A stretch of DNA of 6,646 bases from Octopus sinensis (taxonomy: Eukaryota): the NCBI RefSeq assembly GCF_006345805.1, contig NW_021829261.1:1-6646 (forward strand), in the 5' to 3' direction. This document shows, one piece after another, positions 1-6,378 of this stretch. The notes beneath the pieces were generated by a model, which was given only the letters and a program-made list of their open reading frames with translations, ran no database searches and had not been told where the DNA came from. Made by a program: the position numbers and the translations under genes. The stretch's first letter is position 1, and every line of letters begins with the position of its first letter.

Positions 1-222
1 GATCCGGTCAGCAGAACGGCCTGCGCATGAAATTAACCTGCAAGTGGCGTACCATTTACGTATGTATCAGGGAGATTCAGCGTGACGCAGAATGTGACAA
101 GGTTGGCACTTTGAAAAACTGGAGTAACGTGAACTAAAGTGTCTTGCCCACGCCGCTAGGAATCGAACTCATGATCATAAGATCGTGATCCGAAAGCCTA
201 ACCCTATGCCACTCGCTTCCAC
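1..222 (-). mobile_element. tRNA-derived SINE, cut by the window edge, diverged
   Basis: Minus strand reads GTGGAAGCGAGTGGCATAGGG.. with A-box-like TGGCATAGGG (plus 202-211), B-box GAGTTCGATTCC (plus 159-170) and then GGGCAAGACACTT (plus 137-149), a motif common after the tRNA head of invertebrate SINEs. The body resembles an Octopus SINE family as recalled (not searched). Confidence 0.75.
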
Positions 223-227
223 TTGTA

Positions 228-685
228 ACATCATAAACTCCTCTAATAAACTACAGTCATAAGGTCGACTCCTAAAGTACAGCTTCAGAAACAATAGTCA
301 TAAACTACAGCATCGTAAATTAGTCATAATCTACAGCATCATAGACAACAGTCATAAACAATTGTCATTAACTGTAGTATCATAATCTCCAATTCATAAA
401 TTGCAGTCATAAACTCAAACTACACCATCATAAACTCTATTCATAAATTACAGTCGTAAACTACAGTGGCTTAAACAACAGTCATAACATAATTTGCAGT
501 CATAAGCTACAGCATCATAAATTAGATATAAACAACAGTCATAAATAAATTACAGTCATAAACTACGATCATAAACTGCAACCACATAAATAGCTGTTAT
601 AGACTACAGCATCATAGACTCTAGTCATAAACTGTAATTATAAGCTTGTCACAAACTATTCTCATAATCCACTGTCATAATCTAT
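228..685. repeat. Degenerate minisatellite, units of ~13 bp (TCATAAACTACAG) mixed with ~15 bp (TCATAAACTACAGCA)
   Basis: TCATAA/TCATAG recurs about every 10-20 bp, followed by variants of ACTACAG/ACAACAG/ATTACAG/TTGCAG. Confidence 0.85.
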
Positions 686-894
686 ATCTTCAAAGCAGCA
701 AAGACACTGTAAGTAAAGAGAAGAGCCTGCACTGAAAAATCCCAAGAAACTTCACTGCATGATCGAGATTGGACATACCTACCTGATACATAATACAGAT
801 AGAAAACTATTACAAGGTAATCTCAGGTGAGTTTAGAAAAATACTTTGAAGCAACCTAATGAAGACAAACATTACTATGAAATGAAAGAGAACA

Positions 895-1190
895 TTTTTT
901 TTTCATAAATGTTTCTTTATTAGCCACACAGGGCTGCACACAGACAGGACAAAATTACAAGGTGGAGCTTTTCTTTTGGGGGTAAAAGAAGGGGGTTTGG
1001 TTTTCGATCAAAAGGGATCGTAAATGGAAAGAAAGAGGACAAAAAAAGGGGGGGATTTGATCAATAGGGATCGTTATCACAGAAATGTCAATATGAATTG
1101 TAAAGGGGAGGACAGGTGAGGTTTACCCGTGGAAAGAAAAGCCTACGGAAAAGACCACGGTAACCTCGGTCAATGAAGTCACATGTTATA
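895..1190 (-). mobile_element. Probable 5'-truncated non-LTR retrotransposon (LINE) 3' UTR with poly(A) tail
   Basis: Minus strand ends ..GTGGCTAATAAAGAAACATTTATG followed by A9 (AATAAA = plus 916-921, T9 at 895-903). The upstream body is pyrimidine-rich on the minus strand and contains a stem-loop at 1118-1167. No ORF or TSD was found. The 5' boundary is approximate. Confidence 0.45.
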
Positions 1191-1379
1191 TTTCTTTTTT
1201 TTTTTTTTCAATAAGCAACTCTTTGTATTAATTTTTACGGTTCATAGAATCATAGTCAAGGTAAACTATAAGATAAACTATAACTGTATTACTGAGTGAG
1301 AAAGGAAAGAGACAAAACATAAGAAAGGTAATAACAACGAAACGAAACAAAAAAAATGAATGAAATAAAAAAAATATAT

Positions 1380-1763
1380 GCGTAGGAGTGGCTATGTGGT
1401 AAGTAGCTTGCTTACGAACCACATGGTTCCGGGTTCAGTCCCTCTGCGTGGCACCTTGAGCAAGTGTCTTCTGCTATTGCCTCGGGCCGACCAAAGCCTT
1501 GTGAGTGGATTTGGTAGACGGAAACTGAAAGAAGCCCGTCGTATATATGCATGTGTGTGTATATGTGTGTCTGTGTTTGTCCCCGCAACATCGCTTGACA
1601 ACCGATGTTGTTGTGTTTACGTCCCCGTAACTTAGCGGTTCGGCAAAAGAGACCGACAGAATAAGTACTAGGCTTACAAAGAATAAGTCCTGGGGGCGAT
1701 TTACTCGACTAAAGGCGGTGCTCCAGCATGGCTGCAGTCAAATGACTGAAACAAGTAAAAGAG
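1380..1763 (+). mobile_element. Near full-length tRNA-derived SINE (Octopus-type) with central (TG/TA) microsatellite
   Basis: A-box TGGCTATGTGG (1389-1399), B-box GGTTCAGTCC (1432-1441), central block GTGGATTTGGTAGACGGAAACTGAAAGAAGCCCGTCG, and an A-rich tail ..GCAGTCAAATGACTGAAACAAGTAAAAGA. A second copy of the central block occurs inverted at 2150-2249. Confidence 0.85.
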
Positions 1764-1927
1764 TATGCAAACAGTAGAAAGAAAATAAAGAATGAAATAA
1801 TGGAAGAGGAAACCATTTCACTGTCAGCGTTCTGCAAGACTGGACAAGGAGAAAAACAACGAAGCGTGAATTTTGAGACGGAGCTTCGTGTAAGCGATGA
1901 ATAAAAAAAATCAAGGTTACAACTTAC

Positions 1928-2087
1928 TTTGTTCCATAAATAAATCGTTTGTTGCCGGTGAGAAACCATTGTCTGCAAAACTGTGAGCTTCCAGTAACAT
2001 TTCTGAACAGAATCCTTCGGCTAGAGTGTCCAGTGATGGCTGGCTGTACCGTGCAGCTTTCGCTTCCAGTTCTTTTAAACAACCAAA
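1928..2087 (-). CDS. Candidate internal coding exon (160 nt) of an unidentified gene
   Basis: Minus strand has a ..GATCCAG acceptor (AG = plus 2088-2089) and a strong AA|GTAAGT donor (plus 1922-1927). Two of three frames are open (FGCLKELEAKAARY..MEQ and WLFKRTGSES..FIYGT). The segment is more GC-rich than its flanks. The polypyrimidine tract is weak and neither peptide was recognised. Confidence 0.3.
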
Positions 2088-2099
2088 CTGGATCCGAAG

Positions 2100-2100
<1 letters not shown>

Positions 2101-2143
<43 letters not shown>
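2101..2143. repeat. (TAA)14 microsatellite
   Basis: Perfect TAA run read directly. Confidence 0.97.
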
Positions 2144-2144
<1 letters not shown>

Positions 2145-2149
2145 TAATA

Positions 2150-2249
2150 TATAAACATACAAACTACGGGGTTCCTTCAATTTCCGTCTACCAAATCCAC
2201 ACTTTAGTCGGCCCGTGGCTTTAATAGAAGACACTTGTTCAATGATGCA
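2150..2249 (-). mobile_element. Diverged internal fragment of the same SINE family as 1380-1763, inverted
   Basis: Minus strand reads TTGAACAAGTGTCTTCTATTAAAGCCACGGGCCGACTAAAGTGTGGATTTGGTAGACGGAAATTGAAGGAACCCCGTAG. This aligns to about 1457-1541 with a short internal deletion in the CCTTGTGA segment. Confidence 0.85.
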
Positions 2250-2252
2250 TTC

Positions 2253-2283
2253 TATGTGTGTGTGTGTGTATGTATATGTATAC

Positions 2284-2329
<46 letters not shown>

Positions 2330-2365
2330 ATGCATATAATATATATATAGATATATTATAATATA
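2253..2365. repeat. Compound (TG)n/(TA)n microsatellite, left flank of the ribozyme array
   Basis: Alternating TG and TA runs read directly. Confidence 0.95.
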
Positions 2366-2593
2366 TAATTAATCCAATATAGGGTGGCAAGGAAAATTTT
2401 GTAGAATTTTATTGCCACCAGCGGCCCAGCGGGAAAAAAATTAAATAGTCATAGACCATTTTTAAGTTCAACATTAACAATTAAGGAACGGCCATAATAG
2501 GCCATTCACCCACTAGAAATAACAGCCAAAGCTTCTACCGCAAATAAAGATCAATTCCGTAAAAGGAGAAAATTAAAAAAAATTTACCCTGTA

Positions 2594-2697
2594 ATTTCTT
2601 GTACGGTATACCGTTTCATCCGTGTTTAATGGTAAACCAACCTAATTAAATAAATCAAGCCAATCTTCATAAGCCCTCGGATTCATCAGCAAGAAAT
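2594..2697 (-). ncRNA. Type I hammerhead ribozyme, copy 1 (intact core)
   Basis: Minus strand: AUUUCUUG-CUGAUGA-AUCCG..long stem II..CGGAU-GAAA-CGG(UAUA)CCG-UA-CAAGAAAU. Stem I is a perfect 8 bp. Cleavage triplet GUA, predicted cut between plus 2602 and 2601. Confidence 0.92.
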
Positions 2698-3079
2698 AGC
2701 TTTCGGGACAGATAATTACACGAGGCATATCCAATCTTGCCAAGTCAATATCTGACCTAAAATTTTCAAATCGTCGCACTCGCGCCAAATTTATCGGCAG
2801 CAAATAAATATCAGCCGTCGATTCCATTACGGAATTAACCAAAAAATTCATAATTAATCAATATAGGGTGGCAAGGAAAATTTTGTAGAATTTTATTGCC
2901 ACCAGCGGCCCAGCGGGAAAAAAATTAAATAGTCATAGACCATTTTTAAGTTCAACATTAACAATTAAGGAACGGCCATAATAGGCCATTCACCCACTAG
3001 AAATAACAGCCAAAGCTTCTACCGCAAATAAAGATCAATTCCGTAAACAGGAGAAAATTAAAAAAACATTTACCCTGTA

Positions 3080-3185
3080 ATTTCTTGTACGGTATACCGT
3101 TTCATCCGTTGTTAATGGTAAACCAACCTAATTAAATTAAATCAAGCCAATCTTCCATAAGCCCTCGGATTCATCAGCAAGAAAT
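3080..3185 (-). ncRNA. Type I hammerhead ribozyme, copy 2 (intact core)
   Basis: Same layout as copy 1: CUGAUGA = plus 3171-3177, GAAA = plus 3100-3103, GUA = plus 3088-3090, 8-bp stem I. Predicted cut between 3088 and 3087. Confidence 0.93.
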
Positions 3186-3561
3186 AGCTTTCGGGACAGA
3201 TAATTACACGAGGCATATCCAATCTTGCCAAGTCAATATCTGACCTAAAATTTTCAAATCGTCGCACTCGCGCCAAATTATCGGCAGCAAATAATATCAG
3301 CCGTCGATTCCATTACGGAATTAACCAAAAAATTCATAATTAATCAATATAGGGTGGCAAGGAAAATTTGTAGAATTTTATTGCCACCAGCGGCCCAGCG
3401 GGAAAAAAATTAAATAGTCATAGACCATTTTAAGTTCAACATAACAATTAAGGAACGGCCATAATAGGCCATTCACCCACTAGAAATAACAGCAAAGCTT
3501 CTACCGCAAATAAAGATCAATTCCGTAAACAGGAGAAAATTAAAAAAACATTTACCCTGTA

Positions 3562-3666
3562 ATTCTTGTACGGTATACCGTTTCATCCGTTGTTTATGGT
3601 AAACCAACCTAATTAAATTAAATCAAGCCAATCTTCCATAAGCCCTCGGATTAATCAGCAAGAAAT
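3562..3666 (-). ncRNA. Type I hammerhead ribozyme, copy 3 (core variant CUGAUUA, G8>U)
   Basis: Plus 3652-3658 is TAATCAG instead of TCATCAG. The stem I 3' arm is 1 nt shorter (plus ATTCTTG, 3562-3568). Stems II and III are otherwise as in copies 1 and 2. Confidence 0.8.
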
Positions 3667-3884
3667 AGCTTTCGGGACAGATAATTACACGAGGCATATC
3701 CAATCTTGCCAAGTCAATATCTGACCTAAAATTTTCAAATCGTCGCACTCGCGCCAAATTATCGGCAGCAAATAAATATCAGCCGTCGATTCCATTACGG
3801 AATTACCAAAAAATTCATAATTAATCAATATAGGGTGGCAAGGAAAATTTTGTAGAATTTTATTGCCACCAGCGGCCCAGCGGG

Positions 3885-3964
3885 ATTGATCTTTATTTGC
3901 GGTAGAAGCTTTGGCTGTTATTTCTAGTGGGTGAATGGCCTATTATGGCCGTTCCTTAATTGTT
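3885..3964 (+). repeat. 80-bp inverted fragment of the tandem unit at the array end
   Basis: ATTGATCTTTATTTGCGG..CCTTAATTGTT is the exact reverse complement of 2476-2555. Confidence 0.95.
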
Positions 3965-4960
3965 TTAATATATTATATATATATATAAAATGAGATAGGG
4001 TTGAAAATTCAACCCACCATATCAAGTCATCTAATTTGCTACCTATTTATTTTTTACTTATTTACTTATACTGGGGTAGTTTTATACATACATATCTATC
4101 ATTTATTTTTATTTTTATTTAATTTTAATAATATATGAATACATATATACTGGTTGTACTTATAATTATGTGTATAACCGTTATTATTCCTTCGTATTTA
4201 TTCCTTCTTATTATTTTATCTCTTTTCATCTTAAGTCTTTATAATATAAAATTTATTTAAAATTTCTATGATGTTCTCATAAGCGTTTACATTAATACTT
4301 CCCCTTCTATTCTTTAATGCCTAAACTGGTATATTATGGCACTATATTTATAGTTAATAAGTGACTTATTTATAATATTAAATTAATATATATTTTATAT
4401 TTTATATTTATAATTTAGCGTACTTAAACCATAACAAACTTACGATAAATCTAACAACCGTATGTTTACTCTGCAACAAACCGGTGTTATAAATTTTAAG
4501 TTACCATGAAATAAGTATCTGACTTAGTAACATACTGATATTTAAAAATATATTTATATCTAAATTAAATATTTTATGGAATGCATGGATGGTTCTTCTT
4601 TTGTTATTGAGGCACAGTTATAATTTTGAAGGACTAAATTGTAGCATAGTTGCTTCCCTTTTTGTTTATCTATGTGCTAGTTGTTGCTTGTGATTATGTA
4701 TGTGTATAAGTGTATGTATATACATATAACTATGTGTGTATGTGCGATTGATCTGTAGATGCGTGTGTGAATATTGGCGTTCCCTGACTAACCAACCGTA
4801 TAATTTTCTTTTGTGATTTAAATTTCAAACCAATAGCCAATCGAATTAATCTATATTTTCTTTACCTAGTGGTCAGCATTTCTTAACTCTAGTTATTTCG
4901 ATCTTGTAAGGATGGACTTGGTGCTAACTTAACTGTATCTATTTTTTATTATATTTTTTA

Positions 4961-4974
4961 TATTATTATTATTA

Positions 4975-5025
<51 letters not shown>
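4961..5025. repeat. (TAT)n microsatellite, ~21 units with one interruption
   Basis: Read directly; extra T at about 4980. Confidence 0.96.
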
Positions 5026-5028
<3 letters not shown>

Positions 5029-5356
5029 AGTAATTTTTATTAACTTTTATAGCTTTAGAATCTTATGAACTGTACCACGGATTTAATTATTATTTTTCAT
5101 CTCCATATATGTTAGCCTTTTTTTTATATATAAAAAAAACTATTAGCCAAATATGTATAATATCGGTACTTATTGATATTAATATATACACTATTATATA
5201 TTTTGTTTTATTTTGTTCTGTTTACCTTCCCTTTTTGTACAAATGTGTATTATATTATATAAGTGTAGCATTATGATGTATAAGTTTTTATATTTTACAT
5301 TTTTATATTTTTTATATTATATGTATATGATTGTATAATATTTTTCACTATTATAA

Positions 5357-5493
5357 CAAATTAATTTAATTCTCTGAAGAGGCCGTGGGGCATCCTTGTT
5401 AATGTCTCATTTATACCTGCCTTTATGGCTTATAGGTTAAATGAGGTATGACTGTCCTCACTGCCGAAACAGCTGTCAGTTTTGATTTATTTG
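5357..5493 (+). ncRNA. Type I hammerhead ribozyme with extended (85-nt) stem II
   Basis: CTGAAGA (5374-5380), stem II GGC..GCC (5381-5465), GAAA (5466-5469), C-AGCT-G stem III with GTC triplet (5475-5477). Stem I is formed by 5357-5373 and 5478-5493 and is imperfect: 2 bp, two U·U mismatches, then further pairing. Confidence 0.72.
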
Positions 5494-5676
5494 CATATTA
5501 TATTTGAAAATTTTTTACTTATATCTCTTATCTTTTTACTATTACTGTATATCTCATTTATTGTATTGTATTGCCTTTACCATATGTAATGGTGTATTAA
5601 AGTATGGATGAGTATCATCGGATAGTTGATGTTTTACTGATTTAAGTATATTTTCTCCATTCTCTAATTTTGTAGT

Positions 5677-5692
5677 TATATATATATATAAT

Positions 5693-5727
<35 letters not shown>
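5677..5727. repeat. (TA)n microsatellite, interrupted
   Basis: Read directly. Confidence 0.95.
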
Positions 5728-5730
<3 letters not shown>

Positions 5731-5936
5731 ATAAATATTTTATATATAAAGAACGTGAAATACAGGAAGGGACAAACACGGAACACAGACAAATCATTCG
5801 AAGCCTTCAATCTTCAGTCAGACACCGAATCATCATCGCAAATTTCGGCTGTTCAATTCTGATATTTGCTCCAACTCGGCCAGCCCCAAGAAAAAAAAAC
5901 TAAGCTGTAGGCATTAGATTTCTTGGTAGAAGACAA

Positions 5937-5964
5937 ATATATATATATGCATACACTCGCACAC

Positions 5965-6014
<50 letters not shown>

Positions 6015-6240
6015 GCATACACTCGCACACACACACACACATACACACACATATATATGTATACATATACATACACAAAATAATATATATATATATGTAT
6101 GTGTAAATGTATATGTATGATTGTATGTTTGTAAACATACATGTATACAGACGTATATATAATAATATACGTACATATAAACATACATATACGTGTATGT
6201 CTCTCCATATGTGTATATATCTGTGTGAGTGCACGCGCGC
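5937..6240. repeat. Compound (TA)n/(CA)n microsatellite region with an internal 28-bp duplication
   Basis: AT and CA runs. ATATATATGCATACACTCGCACACACAC occurs at 5941-5968 and 6007-6034. Confidence 0.93.
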
Positions 6241-6366
6241 TCGTGTTTAACAGACATACTTATGCTCCACAGTTCATGTCTCAGATTCATTTATAAACGA
6301 AGTATTTCCCATTGAGAAAGTGTTCCATAATAAATTGAACATTAATGAAATTATCGACAGCGGATA

Positions 6367-6378
6367 CGCGCATGCGCA
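6367..6378. promoter_or_regulatory. NRF1/Ewg-type palindromic motif CGCGCATGCGCA
   Basis: Full match to YGCGCAYGCGCR in AT-rich, CpG-poor surroundings. Single site with no other promoter evidence. Confidence 0.3.

Larger units (their letters stand above)
2366..3885 (-). mobile_element. Tandem array of ~3.1 hammerhead-containing units (non-LTR retrozyme-like or Penelope pLTR-like, non-coding)
   Basis: CAATATAGGGTGG starts at 2375, 2859, 3345 and 3826, giving periods of 484, 486 and 481. Units differ by only 7-9 changes, mostly 1-nt homopolymer indels. Each full unit has a type I hammerhead on the minus strand. No conserved ORF. Confidence 0.85.
3995..5676 (+). mobile_element. Very AT-rich region carrying a hammerhead; possible decayed Penelope-like pLTR or non-autonomous element (boundaries uncertain)
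   Basis: Bounded by TA-rich tracts, starts at ATAGGG plus an 8-bp inverted repeat (3998-4015), and contains a hammerhead with the palindromic stem III typical of Penelope-like elements. No RT or GIY-YIG remnant was recognised. Confidence 0.3.

Noticed and set aside
228-685. CRISPR-like repeat-spacer array
   Set aside because: Units are short, degenerate and contiguous with no unique spacers, and the context is eukaryotic.
715-835. Plus-strand mini-exon ending at CAG|GTGAGT (EPALKNPKKLHCMIE..)
   Set aside because: Only about 37 open codons, no convincing acceptor and no recognisable peptide.
1380-1450. tRNA gene (also 150-222 on the minus strand)
   Set aside because: A and B boxes are present, but I could not build a complete cloverleaf, and both heads continue into SINE bodies.
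1228-2390. ORFs 1228-1422, 1378-1635, 1392-1601, 1709-1978, 1917-2390 and 1949-2224
   Set aside because: They run through SINEs, A-rich tracts and microsatellites (poly-Y, poly-N, HT repeats). Only the 1928-2087 part is kept, as a weak exon candidate.
2642-2851. 69-aa minus-strand ORF overlapping hammerhead copy 1
   Set aside because: It depends on a copy-1-specific extra T in CCAAATTTATC. Copies 2 and 3 are frameshifted, and the majority sequence stops after about 44 codons.
2375-3885. Plus-strand ribozyme in the unit (viroid-like, both polarities) or internal Pol III promoter
   Set aside because: No CTGANGA on the plus strand of the unit. The A-box-like TGGCAAGATTGG on the minus strand has no matching B-box.
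2351-3977. ATATATTATA at 2351-2360 and 3968-3977 as a target-site duplication of the array
   Set aside because: Low-complexity match, offset from both junctions, and expected by chance in TA-rich flanks.
4176-4800. Recurrent AACCGT/AACCG (Myb-like) hexamers at about 4177, 4456 and 4794
   Set aside because: Three short matches in 600 bp are within chance expectation and have no regular spacing.
5761-5860. Minus-strand CTGAAGA (plus 5811-5817) with a nearby GCCGAAA, suggesting a third hammerhead
   Set aside because: The CUGAAGA is followed by GAAU rather than GAAA, no matching stems I and III could be built, and the GAAA upstream cannot close a stem II with it. The block 5728-5936 may be a repeat fragment, but this is unsupported here.
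5853-6290. Four ORFs of 65-145 aa (poly-HT/VC/YI)
   Set aside because: Translations of CA/TA microsatellites.
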